DNA of 64,000 bases from Vicinamibacterales bacterium (lineage in GTDB: Bacteria > Acidobacteriota > Vicinamibacteria > Vicinamibacterales > 2-12-FULL-66-21), in the NCBI GenBank assembly GCA_035758845.1, contig DASTVZ010000172.1, positions 2,812 to 66,811 on the forward strand, in the 5' to 3' direction. The position numbers and the translations under genes were made by a program. Shown one piece after another: positions 48,412 through 57,389 of the stretch (its first letter is position 1; the number at the start of each line of letters is the position of its first letter). The notes below the pieces were generated by a model. The model searched no databases, had not been told where the DNA came from, and saw only the letters and a list, made by a program, of their open reading frames with translations.

Positions 48412-49095
48412 TTATCCCGGAATCGCCGTCCGCTCGAAGAACTTCACGAGATGCTCCAGCTTGAGCGCGTCGGCGACGCCGCGCACGCGGCGATCGCGCT
48501 CCTCCCCGTCGAGATCGATTGCCCGCCGCAGTTCGGCCAGCGGCGCGCTGCGCTCGCTGGTCCACCGAACCGCGTCGAGTCCCTGCCGGGCGCCGCGCAG
48601 GGACAGATAGTGACCGACCATGCGAAAAACGAAATAGTAGGCGACGACGTTTGGACCGGGCACGAAGAAGAAGACGCCGGACGCAATGAAACCGAGAGAG
48701 TCGACGATCAGCCAGAACCGATGCTTTTCGAAGTCGCGTCCGAGCTGCCGGCGCAGCAGCTTGATCGCTCGATGCTCTTCGACGTCATCAGGAAAGAACA
48801 GGCAGGCCGAGGCCTGACGACGAAGATGCCACAGGAGACGTTGTTCGGCGATGCTCTCAGCGATGTACCGAAGCGTGCGCGCCTTGATGCGGCCGAGCGT
48901 ACCGCGGGGCGGCTGGTCGGCGTGCGTCTGGCGCCGCTCGCGTTCCGCTTCCGCCAGCATCGCGGAGAAGCGCTGCTTCATGCGCCTGAAGAAACCTGCC
49001 GGCGCCTCATCCGGTTCAGGCTCCGGATCATCGGGCACTTCGCAATACAGCTCGTACCGATCCTGAGCGATCGGCACCAGGTACACGTCCATCAC
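48412..49095 (-). CDS. Hypothetical membrane protein (two-TM hairpin with a PGPN motif)
   Basis: Acidic Pro-rich N-terminus. FWLIVDSLGFIASGVFFFVPGPNVVAYYFVFRMVGHY. No catalytic motif. Confidence 0.55.
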   Translation of the reverse strand: MMDVYLVPIAQDRYELYCEVPDDPEPEPDEAPAGFFRRMKQRFSAMLAEAERERRQTHADQPPRGTLGRIKARTLRYIAESIAEQRLLWHLRRQASACLFFPDDVEEHRAIKLLRRQLGRDFEKHRFWLIVDSLGFIASGVFFFVPGPNVVAYYFVFRMVGHYLSLRGARQGLDAVRWTSERSAPLAELRRAIDLDGEERDRRVRGVADALKLEHLVKFFERTAIPG

Positions 49096-49173
49096 ATCCT
49101 CGTACGTCGACGCGGCGGAAACACGATGCCACAGCGTCCCGCTTCCTGGTGCCTCGCTAACGACGCGTCCTAC

Positions 49174-49317
49174 TCAAACCCTTCTGCCGGTCAGCAGCCG
49201 AAACACGATAACGACAAGCGCGACCACCAACAGGATATGAATCAATCCGCCGGCAACGTGCATCGTGAATCCGAGAAGCCAGAGAATCAACAACAGCACG
49301 ACAATAGTCCACAGCAT
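49174..49317 (-). CDS. lmo0937-family small membrane protein
   Basis: From the internal ATG (aa 14): MLWTIVVLLLILWLLGFTMHVAGGLIHILLVVALVVIVFRLLTGRRV. Confidence 0.7.
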   Translation of the reverse strand: MLWTIVVLLLILWLLGFTMHVAGGLIHILLVVALVVIVFRLLTGRRV

Positions 49318-49421
49318 GGGTAATCCTCCCACCGCCTTTACGGCGGCAAGGCTCATCTGTGCAAGTGGGGTGCCACGCCGGCTCAGGCACGGTCGTGTAG
49401 GCGCGGTCTAAAGAGCGCGCC

Positions 49422-50309
49422 CTACAGAGCGCCCGATTTGCGAACTCTTCGTGGCGACGTCGTCACCGTGACGGGTACTGCCGGGCGACCAGCCTCAACC
49501 CATGCGTCGCGAATGAAGGCCGCGACTGCACCGATGGAATCTGCCAATCGCTTCTCGAGAATCGGCTTCACGCCGGCAAAAAATCGGTCGAAATACTCAT
49601 CGTCATAGAACTCACGGTTTCCAAGTGCGGCCTTGTCGGCATCGAGAAGGGGCTGCACGAGTGAAAAGCTGGTCGTGAGAGCGCCGAAGATAAACTCTCG
49701 GGGCTGACCGACAGGCCCCGCGATGTTAGGCGAGAGATGCACCTTCGCTTCATATCGCGCGAACAGTTCAGATTCGAACCTGGAGTGGATACCCGATTGC
49801 CCAGTCAGCTGTCCGTCATAATTCAGAGCCGCATGGAAGGGTTGGTGGGCATCGGCGACGTAATGCGAGACGACAGAAGCAAACAAACGGATGTTCTCGC
49901 GCGAATACGGAGCTTTCTGCGTGAACGCTTCGACGAGCTTTTTGTACATCTCTTCGGAGCGCCATGGCAGCGTGCCATTCTTCAATACGAACTCGGCTCC
50001 GTACCGTTTTATCGCCTCGTCGTAATCGTGTGGCAGCTCTCTGAACGGATAAGGACCATAAGCATCCATGTCGACGAAGTGACGCGGCGGTTCCTCTATC
50101 CAGCCGACAGTACGCCAGAGATCGGGGTCGCCGGAGTGTTCGACGACGCCGGCCTGATACTTCTGGAAGTACGGCCGAATCTCGCTCGGCAACAGCACGA
50201 TGGCGCGCGCCATGATGAACTTGTGCACCTCGATGCCCCATGCGGCGGCAGGACGAGGGGCGGCGAGGACCACTAGCAGCGTCACTCCGACAGTGAGACG
50301 TGTACGCAT
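49422..50309 (-). CDS. S1/P1 nuclease family (trinuclear-zinc) protein, secreted
   Basis: Signal peptide, then the mature N-terminus AWGIEVHKFI, PRHFVDMD and SHYVADAHQPFH (compare the P1 nuclease motif HFIGDIHQPLH). Confidence 0.7.
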   Translation of the reverse strand: MRTRLTVGVTLLVVLAAPRPAAAWGIEVHKFIMARAIVLLPSEIRPYFQKYQAGVVEHSGDPDLWRTVGWIEEPPRHFVDMDAYGPYPFRELPHDYDEAIKRYGAEFVLKNGTLPWRSEEMYKKLVEAFTQKAPYSRENIRLFASVVSHYVADAHQPFHAALNYDGQLTGQSGIHSRFESELFARYEAKVHLSPNIAGPVGQPREFIFGALTTSFSLVQPLLDADKAALGNREFYDDEYFDRFFAGVKPILEKRLADSIGAVAAFIRDAWVEAGRPAVPVTVTTSPRRVRKSGAL

Positions 50310-50319
50310 GATCCTCTAA

Positions 50320-51201
50320 CTATACCGTTCCGATCAGTTTTCGAAGTGTTCGCAGATTGCGCGCATCCCAGGGGTCGACATCGCTCCGCCGTTTGCTCGC
50401 GGCCGTCTCCAGTTTCGGGGTCTCCAGCAGCATCGGCAGGTGCGTGAACCGCGGATCGTTCAGCAGGCGGCGGAACGGCTCGAGTCCCAGACAACCCTTC
50501 CCGATGTGTTCGTGACGATCGACGCGGCTGCCGCACGGCTTCTTGGAGTCGTTGAGATGAAATACCTGTAGGCGGTCGAGACCGAGGATGCGATCGAACT
50601 CGCGAAAAGTGGAGGCATAGCCGGCTTCAGTGCAGAGGTCGTAGCCGGCCGTGAGCAGATGACACGTGTCGAGACAGACGCCGACCCGTGGCGATCCGTC
50701 GACCTGCTCGAGAATCGTCGCGAGGTGCTCGAATCGATGTCCCAGGTTCGTGCCTTGCCCGGCGGTGTGTTCGAGCAACACTTTGACGCGGTGTCGCGGC
50801 CGCGCTTTCAGCAAGTGCCTGATGGCACGGCCAATCGCCCGGAGTCCATCGTTTTCTGTTCCAATCGTGTAGGAGCCCGGATGCATCACCAGCCCGTCGA
50901 GTCCAAGTAGTTCCGCCCGATCCAGCTCGTCACCGAGGGCGGCAATGGATTGCGCTCGCAGCGCCGGCGCGGCTGACGCAACGTTGATCAAGTAACTGTT
51001 ATGCGCGACGACGGGTGAAATTCCGGTCTCTCCGACTCGGCGGCGGAACAGCGCGACTTCATCGTCAGGCAGTTCGCGCGCGCGCCATTGTCCTGCGGAC
51101 TTCGTGAAGATCTGCAACGCTTCGCAGCGAGTCGCCTTCGCGCGGTCCACGGCACGAGGCAAACCGCCGGCGATCGACATGTGCGCACCTAGCCGTGGCA
51201 T
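50320..51201 (-). CDS. nfo: Endonuclease IV (deoxyribonuclease IV)
   Basis: MPRLGAHMSIAGGL..A..RA....CEALQIFTKS..QW, VAHNSYLINVAS, CLDTCHL and HLNDSK. Confidence 0.9.
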   Translation of the reverse strand: MPRLGAHMSIAGGLPRAVDRAKATRCEALQIFTKSAGQWRARELPDDEVALFRRRVGETGISPVVAHNSYLINVASAAPALRAQSIAALGDELDRAELLGLDGLVMHPGSYTIGTENDGLRAIGRAIRHLLKARPRHRVKVLLEHTAGQGTNLGHRFEHLATILEQVDGSPRVGVCLDTCHLLTAGYDLCTEAGYASTFREFDRILGLDRLQVFHLNDSKKPCGSRVDRHEHIGKGCLGLEPFRRLLNDPRFTHLPMLLETPKLETAASKRRSDVDPWDARNLRTLRKLIGTV

Positions 51202-51735
51202 CTATTCGCCGAACACCTCAGCCTCGAACCGGGAGATCCGCGCGTCGTGCTGCCATGCGTCCGGCTCGAGGCCGGCCTTGAGGCAGGTTTGCCTGAGGAA
51301 CTGCTCGACGGTCCAGCCCCATTCGGTCGCCACCTGGGGGAGCAAAAGACCACGGCGAAAGCCTCGTTCGGCAACGAGCCCGTGCCGCCCGATCACAATC
51401 GCATCAGGATCGCGCGGATCGATTGGCTCGAGCGGGCCGAGCACGGACACTTCAACCGCGAGCTCAGGCACTTCGTCAGCGGACACCGGCGGAAATCTCG
51501 GGTCTTCGGTCGCCGCATCAGCGGCGCACCGGACCACCTCCCCCGCCAGGCCACGCTGGCATTGCAGCGTGCCAAGGCAGCCGCGCAGCTCACCGCGCCG
51601 CTTGATCGTCACGAAAACGCCAGATGCATCCGGCACGGGGACGGAGAACGACGGAGGTGCCGATCGGGTCACCGTCGCGACCACCGATCGACGCGCCAGA
51701 TCGATGAGCGCCTGCTTCTGCGCGTCAGTGAGCAT
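51202..51735 (-). CDS. AmmeMemoRadiSam system protein A (AMMECR1 domain)
   Basis: From the internal ATG (aa 17): MLTDAQKQALIDLARRSV...GVFVTIKRRGELRGCLGTL. The ATG overlaps the end of the Memo-like gene by 11 nt. Confidence 0.85.
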   Translation of the reverse strand: MLTDAQKQALIDLARRSVVATVTRSAPPSFSVPVPDASGVFVTIKRRGELRGCLGTLQCQRGLAGEVVRCAADAATEDPRFPPVSADEVPELAVEVSVLGPLEPIDPRDPDAIVIGRHGLVAERGFRRGLLLPQVATEWGWTVEQFLRQTCLKAGLEPDAWQHDARISRFEAEVFGE

Positions 51736-52567
51736 CGGAAAACGTACCGAAGGCGGCCGCCAGATATCCGACGACCGCGTCATAATCGCCAGAGACTTCC
51801 CCCGAATGTGCGTACTTCAACACGCGACCATGCTTTGCCCCGAGCGCACGCGCCGCTTTCATCACGGCGATGGCCGCACCACCGCCGCACGCCACGTAGC
51901 GTCCGCGTTCGTGTTCGGGATACTGCTCGAACAGATCGAGGAGTCCCTCTGGATCGAAGGCCGCGACGCGCTCCTTCACACGTCCATCGAGCGAGGCCGC
52001 CGTTTTCGCATCGAAGTAGTGCGACAGGTCGGTGCTCGCCACCAGCAGTACGCGGCGACCCTCGCTGGCGCGGACGATCGCATCGGCGAGCGCGTCGATC
52101 GTCGCGCGATGCTGAAACCCGATCAGCACCGGCACGATCGACAGATCAGGATGCAGGCGGCGCAGAAATGGCAGCTGCATTTCGAGCGAATGCTCACGTT
52201 GATGCGCCGACGGCATCGCCTTCACGATCGCGGATGCAGCCAGCGCGTGAGCCGCGGCTTCGTCGATGCGCGCCATGCCAAGCGGTGAGTCGAAGCCGCC
52301 GTCAGGCCACAGGGCCGCTCCCTCGAACGCCACGAAATGTGAAGGGCCGACGAGGACGGCGACGTCGAAGGTCCGGGAGGTTGTCGCCTTGTACGAGTAC
52401 GCCCCGACGGGTCCGGAAAACATCATGCCGGCATGCGGAGCGATAATCGCGGTGAGGTCACCGGGCGGCCCATCGGCCGCGATCTTCAGGTAGTCGTCAA
52501 CCTCGCGCGTCAACGCACCAGCTGTGCCCGGGTACCAGGTGCCTGCAACGGCCGTAGGACGAATCAT
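51725..52567 (-). CDS. AmmeMemoRadiSam system protein B (MEMO1 family)
   Basis: MIRPTAVAGTWYPG....L..EV..YL, IIAPHAGMMFSGPVGAYSY and STDLSHY. Confidence 0.85.
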   Translation of the reverse strand: MIRPTAVAGTWYPGTAGALTREVDDYLKIAADGPPGDLTAIIAPHAGMMFSGPVGAYSYKATTSRTFDVAVLVGPSHFVAFEGAALWPDGGFDSPLGMARIDEAAAHALAASAIVKAMPSAHQREHSLEMQLPFLRRLHPDLSIVPVLIGFQHRATIDALADAIVRASEGRRVLLVASTDLSHYFDAKTAASLDGRVKERVAAFDPEGLLDLFEQYPEHERGRYVACGGGAAIAVMKAARALGAKHGRVLKYAHSGEVSGDYDAVVGYLAAAFGTFSDAH

Positions 52568-52574
52568 GGTAAAT

Positions 52575-52682
52575 CCTGAAATTGCTGATTGCTGATTGCT
52601 GATTGCTGATTGACGCGTTGGGAGCTTCAGACTCTTTCAATCGTCATTCAGCAATCAACAATCAGCAATTCTTTAGTGCTAC
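52575..52682. repeat. GATTG-word palindromic element (copy 2)
   Basis: (CTGATTG)x5 arm, a ~25-nt loop and the complementary arm CAATCGTCATTCAGCAATCAACAATCAGCAAT. It fills the divergent Memo/gatC spacer. Confidence 0.85.
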
Positions 52683-52691
52683 CATCGCCCG

Positions 52692-52988
52692 ATGTCGAAT
52701 ACATTTTCGCGTGGCGACGTCGAACGCGTCGCGCGCCTTGCCCGCCTGGAACTGACGGGCGAAGAAAAAGATCTATTCGCGCGTCAGCTGGCGGAAATCC
52801 TCGCCTACGCCGAGCAGATTCAGCGCGTTCCCACAGAAGGCGTCGAACCAACGTCGCACGCGGGGGATGCCGCTGCGCTTCGCGACGACACCGTGGTTCC
52901 GTCGCGGCCGCGCGAAGAGTTCCTGGCCGCCGCGCCCGATGCCGACACATCCGCCGGTCTCTTCAAAGTACCACGGGTGCTGGCATGA
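52692..52988 (+). CDS. gatC: Asp/Glu-tRNA amidotransferase subunit C
   Basis: [35 protein letters not shown]...T.GVEPTSH. Confidence 0.9.
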   Translation: MSNTFSRGDVERVARLARLELTGEEKDLFARQLAEILAYAEQIQRVPTEGVEPTSHAGDAAALRDDTVVPSRPREEFLAAAPDADTSAGLFKVPRVLA

Positions 52989-54463
52989 TGGACGTGCCAT
53001 TCGATGTGCAGTCGATTCGCGACGCCGTGGCCCGCCGCGATCTGTCCGCGTCCGAGGTGTGCCGGGCAACCCTGGATCGAATCGCCGCGCTAGACCCGCC
53101 CCTGAACGCCTTCCGTACGGTCGCGCGCGACCGCGCCCTCGCGCGTGCGGCCGAGCTGGACGCCCGACGTGACGGCGCCGGTCTTCCGCTCCTCGGCGTG
53201 CCGATCGCACTCAAAGACAACATGTGCACGCGCGGTGTCCCCACGACGGCATCCTCGCGGATCCTCGAGAACTACATCCCGCCGTACGACGCGACCATCG
53301 TCGCGCGCCTCGAAGCGGCCGGCGCGGTCATTGTCGGGAAAACGAATTGCGACGAGTTCGCGATGGGCTCGTCGACCGAGAACTCCGCCTACGGTCCGAC
53401 GCGAAATCCGTGGGCGCTCGAGCGGACGCCAGGCGGATCGAGCGGTGGATCGGCAGCGGCCGTGGCCGCCGGGATGGTGCCGCTCGCGCTCGGATCCGAT
53501 ACCGGCGGATCAATCCGTCAGCCCGCAGCACTCTGCGGCGTCGTCGGTTTCAAACCGTCGTACGGACGCGTCTCGCGATACGGCCTCCTCGCGTTTGCGT
53601 CCTCGCTGGACCAGATTGGACCGTTGGCGTCTTCGGTGAAAGATGTCGCGATCGTGCTGAATGCGATCGCCGGACACGACGCGTGCGACTCAACCTCGTC
53701 GCAGGTTGCCGTTCCTGATTTCGGTGCCGCGCTCGAAGGGAACGGCGATCTTCGCGGCATTCGAATCGGCGTGCCGCGCCATCTTTTTCGCGAGGGCGTG
53801 GACGCTGAAGTCATGGCTGCCTACGACGCCGCCCTCGACGTATCCCGAGGTCGCGGAGCCGACATCGTCGAGGTCACTCTCGAGCACAGCCCGGAAGCAA
53901 TACCCGTCTACTACGTGATTGCCACGGCGGAAGCCAGCGCGAACCTCGCACGATACGACGGCGTGCGCTATGGCTATCGCGCCGAGGATGCGACCGCGCT
54001 TGGCGACATGTACGACCGCTCGCGCGGCGGCGGCTTCGGGCGCGAAGTGAAACGGCGGATTATCCTGGGCACGTATGTGCTCAGCGCCGGCTACTATGAT
54101 GCGTATTATCGGAAGGCGCAGCAGGTTCGCACGCTGATTCGTCGCGATTACGATCGCGCGTTCATGAACGCCGACGTGATCGCGATGCCCACGAGTCCCA
54201 CCGCGGCATTCAAATTGGGTGAACGCACCGAGGATCCCGTGCAGATGTATCTCTCGGACGTGTTTACGGTCGGCGCGAATCTCGCCGGCCTGCCGGGTAT
54301 CAGCGTCCCCTGCGGATTCACCAGCACACGACTGCCGATCGGCTTGCAGTTCACCGGGCGCGCCATGGAAGACGCCACTGTATTGCGCGTCGCCCATGCG
54401 TACGAGCGGGCGACATCATGGTCGAAAGAGAAACCGCGGGTTGCATCAGAGCTGTCGCGGTAA
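52985..54463 (+). CDS. gatA: Asp/Glu-tRNA amidotransferase subunit A
   Basis: The internal ATG (aa 126 of the track ORF) forms an ATGA overlap with gat[27 protein letters not shown] and [15 protein letters not shown] (amidase signature). Confidence 0.95.
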   Translation: MMDVPFDVQSIRDAVARRDLSASEVCRATLDRIAALDPPLNAFRTVARDRALARAAELDARRDGAGLPLLGVPIALKDNMCTRGVPTTASSRILENYIPPYDATIVARLEAAGAVIVGKTNCDEFAMGSSTENSAYGPTRNPWALERTPGGSSGGSAAAVAAGMVPLALGSDTGGSIRQPAALCGVVGFKPSYGRVSRYGLLAFASSLDQIGPLASSVKDVAIVLNAIAGHDACDSTSSQVAVPDFGAALEGNGDLRGIRIGVPRHLFREGVDAEVMAAYDAALDVSRGRGADIVEVTLEHSPEAIPVYYVIATAEASANLARYDGVRYGYRAEDATALGDMYDRSRGGGFGREVKRRIILGTYVLSAGYYDAYYRKAQQVRTLIRRDYDRAFMNADVIAMPTSPTAAFKLGERTEDPVQMYLSDVFTVGANLAGLPGISVPCGFTSTRLPIGLQFTGRAMEDATVLRVAHAYERATSWSKEKPRVASELSR

Positions 54464-54493
54464 TCTCCATCACCACCCGCTTCGTGTGTCGGT

Positions 54494-55399
54494 CTATTGC
54501 GGCACCTTCATTTGTTCCCAAGCCTCGTACGTCTTCGCATCGAATTCGCTCGCACGTAACGGCGTGATTGAAGCAAACCCGTGCTCGGTCGCCCAGACGT
54601 CGGTCCCTTCGACATCGCCAGTGGGATCCTTCCAGATGCTCCAGAACATCCGACGCCCGGTCGGCGATCGTTGTTCCTCGAACCGCTCTTCCCCGGACTG
54701 CGCGCTCTGTCTGGTCACCCGTACCCCTTTGATCGCCGTCTGCGATCCCGGCGGCACGTTCACATTCAAGAGAACACCAGCGTCGAGGCCCCGCTGCCGC
54801 ACCATCCCGGCAACCTGGCGCACGATCTCCGCCGCTGCCGCGTAGTTCGTTTCGTCGACAGACAACGACGAGGCAATGGCAGGAATCCCCATCAGTGCCG
54901 CTTCCCGGGCGGCGCCGACTGTGCCGGAGACATACGTCACCATTCCCAGGTTGTAGCCGCGGTTGATGCCCGACACGACGAGGTCCGGCCGCGATGCCAT
55001 GAGCGCGCGAACACCGACCTTCACGCACGTCGCCGGCGTCGCCACGATCGAGAAGCCACGAAGGCCGCCGGTCAGCGTGACCTGATCGACGAAGATCGGA
55101 TCCGAGGTCACGATCGAGTGGCCCTTGCCGCTCTGGTTCTCCGACGGCGCCGCGATGGTGATTTCCCCCATCGACTGAAGCGCCTGCGCCACGGCAAGGA
55201 TCCCCGGCGCGCGCACGCCATCGTCGTTCGTGACCAGGATGCGAAAAGGGGGCTGCGGCGGCGCGGCGGCTGCGGCGCTCGCCGGTGCAGCAGCCGGAGC
55301 AGATGCCGGCGCACCCGGCGTCGGCGGAACCGAGTGCACGCACGCGCACGCCGCGACAATGTAGAGGACCAGCGCCCGTACGTAGAATGAGCGGTTCAT
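54494..55399 (-). CDS. surE: 5'/3'-nucleotidase SurE with a lipoprotein-type signal peptide and a Pro/Ala linker
   Basis: FRILVTNDDGVRAPGI...APSENQSGKGHSIT is preceded by MNRSFYVRALVLYIVAAC (lipobox-like VAAC) and PPTPGAPASAPAAAPASAAAAAPPQPP. Confidence 0.85.
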   Translation of the reverse strand: MNRSFYVRALVLYIVAACACVHSVPPTPGAPASAPAAAPASAAAAAPPQPPFRILVTNDDGVRAPGILAVAQALQSMGEITIAAPSENQSGKGHSIVTSDPIFVDQVTLTGGLRGFSIVATPATCVKVGVRALMASRPDLVVSGINRGYNLGMVTYVSGTVGAAREAALMGIPAIASSLSVDETNYAAAAEIVRQVAGMVRQRGLDAGVLLNVNVPPGSQTAIKGVRVTRQSAQSGEERFEEQRSPTGRRMFWSIWKDPTGDVEGTDVWATEHGFASITPLRASEFDAKTYEAWEQMKVPQ

Positions 55400-55443
55400 C
55401 GGCCGATGCTAGCACGCCGAATGAAACGCTCAGTGCGCGCCGT

Positions 55444-55773
55444 TCAGCGCGCGACCGCGGTCGTCGTCGAGCTGCCGCGCAGGAGCAGCCACACGACAAA
55501 TGCGACCAGCAGCACGGGCAGAAGCGGAACCGCGACGGCGACTAGCGTCGCAATCGCGGCGATGACGAGCCCGACGACGAGGATTGGGCTGAGGACGACA
55601 AGGAGCAGGCCGCCGATGATGGCCTTGAGGAACAGCAGCGGCAGCAGCAGCACGGACAGCACCAGTCGAAGCGGCAGCAGAACGAGCCAGAGTACCGTTT
55701 TGAGCAACGCAACCAGGACCATCACGACCGCGAAGACCCCGAAGGCAACGACAGCCAACAGACCCAGTTCCAT
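55444..55773 (-). CDS. Small polytopic hydrophobic membrane protein, hypothetical
   Basis: MELGLLAVVAFGVFAVVMVLVALL..LLPLLFLKAIIGGLLLVVL..: about four Leu/Val-rich TM segments. No homology recognised. Confidence 0.45.
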   Translation of the reverse strand: MELGLLAVVAFGVFAVVMVLVALLKTVLWLVLLPLRLVLSVLLLPLLFLKAIIGGLLLVVLSPILVVGLVIAAIATLVAVAVPLLPVLLVAFVVWLLLRGSSTTTAVAR

Positions 55774-55865
55774 CACGTTGACGCCCCTCCGGTGAATTGG
55801 TGAATCCACTAATTCACCACTTCGGAGTTACGCGTGTCGTATTACGGAAGTTCCGAGGAGGGACG

Positions 55866-56135
55866 CTATTCCTTCGCCGGCCCACGCGGCGCCCCATCGT
55901 AGTTGGTGGGAAGCGTGTACTGGATCAGACCCGACCGCACTTCTTCCATCGCCGTGCGCTCGAGTTTGTGCGGCCCATGCGACAGCGCGCGATCGAGGCG
56001 AGGGAGAGCACCGCGCCGCAACTGCTTGGCGCGCTGAGCCGCGACATCGACAAAAAGAAACCGACTCGTGATTGGTGCAGCGCGTTCAGTCTCGACCGCG
56101 GAAGAGTCTTGAGCCTGCGGATCGTCTTCAGCCAT
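55866..56135 (-). CDS. rpoZ: DNA-directed RNA polymerase subunit omega
   Basis: From the internal ATG (aa 43): MAEDD...SRFLFVDVAAQRAKQLRRGA.P....HK.ERTAMEEVRSGLI. Confidence 0.7.
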   Translation of the reverse strand: MAEDDPQAQDSSAVETERAAPITSRFLFVDVAAQRAKQLRRGALPRLDRALSHGPHKLERTAMEEVRSGLIQYTLPTNYDGAPRGPAKE

Positions 56136-56238
56136 GGCTAATGGAGAGTACTTGAAAGCGCGTTGTCGCTCAAGTTCAGCCTCCGCGCGGATTCGCCGCT
56201 TCGGCGAGACCGGCTGAGAGGATGGAATGAAATGACGA

Positions 56239-56259
56239 GGGCCGGCTCGAAGCCGGCCC
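56239..56259 (-). terminator. Hairpin GGGCCGGCT-CGA-AGCCGGCCC downstream of hsp20
   Basis: Perfect 9-bp GC stem about 40 nt after the hsp20 stop. It is followed on the minus strand by a T-containing tract (TCGTCATTTCATT). Confidence 0.45.
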
Positions 56260-56297
56260 ACGCGGATGATATTCAGTTACGAACAGCCGTCGGACTC

Positions 56298-56726
56298 CTA
56301 CTCACCGACCACAATCTGCTTCGGCTTCGCTTCCGCGCGCTGCGGAAGTCGGACCGTCAGCACACCATCCTTGTAGTTGGCGCTGATGTTGGCCGGATCG
56401 ACCGTCGCGGGCAACGTGAACGAACGGCTGAACGTGCCATGGAAGCGCTCGACACGGTGGAAGCGGTCGCGAGCGATCTCCTCAGCCTTTCGCTCACCCG
56501 TGAGCGTGAGCACGTTGTTCTCGAACGTGACAGTGATGTCTTCACGCTTCATGTCCGGCAACTCGGCTTTGATCACGAGCTCGTGCTCGGCGCCTTCGAA
56601 GATATCGACCGCGGGCACCCAGCCCCGCGAGAAGCCTTCGCCGTAGAAGTTTGAAAACATGTTGTTGAGCCGATCGATCTCCATCGTCGCCAAGTCACGA
56701 AGTGGATCCCATCGAACGAGAGCCAT
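56298..56726 (-). CDS. Hsp20/alpha-crystallin family small heat-shock protein
   Basis: WDPLRDL..M...L...F....GWVPAVDIFEGAEHELVIKAELPDMKREDITVTFENNVLTLTGERK. An AGGAGG Shine-Dalgarno sequence precedes the start. Confidence 0.9.
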   Translation of the reverse strand: MALVRWDPLRDLATMEIDRLNNMFSNFYGEGFSRGWVPAVDIFEGAEHELVIKAELPDMKREDITVTFENNVLTLTGERKAEEIARDRFHRVERFHGTFSRSFTLPATVDPANISANYKDGVLTVRLPQRAEAKPKQIVVGE

Positions 56727-56780
56727 TGCAAGAACCTCCTGATTCCTTTAGCGGGCCGCCGTGAAGCGACCACGAAGGAT

Positions 56781-56809
56781 AATGTAAGGCTTATCTTAGC
56801 ATTTGTCAA
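56781..56809 (-). promoter_or_regulatory. Sigma-70-like promoter of the minus-strand hsp20 gene
   Basis: On the minus strand: TTGACA, a 17-nt spacer and TACATT, about 55 nt upstream of the ATG at 56726. Confidence 0.5.
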
Positions 56810-56815
56810 GCATTT

Positions 56816-56840
56816 TATATGAGTGTATATAACTCATATA
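56816..56840. promoter_or_regulatory. Perfect 9-7-9 palindrome TATATGAGT-N7-ACTCATATA (HAIR-like operator candidate) between the divergent hsp20 genes
   Basis: The inverted repeat is seen directly. The core TGAGT-N7-ACTCA matches the core of the HspR operator consensus CTTGAGT-N7-ACTCAAG. It sits 6 nt upstream of the -35 of the minus-strand hsp20 promoter, in a locally AT-rich patch. Confidence 0.45.
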
Positions 56841-56940
56841 TTGGCCCTCAAGGGCCAAGAGCGGAGAGACCGAGGCCAAGAGCACGAGCCAGAAGCCTGG
56901 AACCCAGAGCCAGAAGCTAACAGCGAAGCAGAGAGCGATA
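56841..56940. repeat. GCCAAGAGC/GCCAGAAGC-word element
   Basis: GGCCCTCAAGGGCCAAGAGC..GAGGCCAAGAGCACGAGCCAGAAGCCTGGAACCCAGAGCCAGAAGCTAACAGC in the divergent hsp20 spacer. Confidence 0.7.
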
Positions 56941-56950
56941 GAATGTTTTC

Positions 56951-57388
56951 GTGGCCCGCATCTTTCTCGAACGACGCGAAATCGACGACGACCTGAGGCG
57001 TTTGTGTGAACAGCTCACGGGAACGGATGCACGTCTCCATGCGGCCGAGTGTCGCGTGCCGCTGGACGTCGTCGAGACATCCGATGGCATCGAGGTGCTG
57101 CTGGATTTGGTCGGCGTGAGCGCCGACGCGGTGCAGGTGGTGATCGCTCGCGACACCCTGCTCGTCAGCGGCGTGAAACAGCCGTCCGGATGCGAGCATC
57201 ATGGCGATGCCACGTTCCATGTGGCCGAACGCGTGTTCGGACGGTTTGCTCGTGCCGTGCGGCTGGCCGGCGCGTTCGACGTGGCACGCGCCGAGGCCAC
57301 GCTCCATGCGGGCGAGTTGCGCGTCACGGTGCCGCGGATTGAAGAACGCCGCGGCCGGGAGCATCGCATTCCGGTACGGGCCGACTGA
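56951..57388 (+). CDS. Hsp20 family small heat-shock protein (divergent second copy)
   Basis: GTG start. PLDVVETSDGIEVLLDLVGVSADAVQVVIARDTLLVSGVK...HVAERVFGRFARAVRL..AFD...A.ATLHAGELRVTVPR. Confidence 0.8.
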   Translation: MARIFLERREIDDDLRRLCEQLTGTDARLHAAECRVPLDVVETSDGIEVLLDLVGVSADAVQVVIARDTLLVSGVKQPSGCEHHGDATFHVAERVFGRFARAVRLAGAFDVARAEATLHAGELRVTVPRIEERRGREHRIPVRAD

Positions 57389-57389
57389 C

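Noticed and set aside
51104-52446. Two ~395-aa plus-strand ORFs opposite the nfo/AMMECR1/Memo genes
   Set aside because: Arg/Pro/Ser-rich antisense ORFs that span three well-supported minus-strand genes.
54351-55499. 382-aa minus-strand ORF, in another frame, overlapping surE and the gatA end
   Set aside because: It is an out-of-frame overlap with the SurE reading frame, which has the canonical motifs. The composition is Arg/Gly/Ala-rich.
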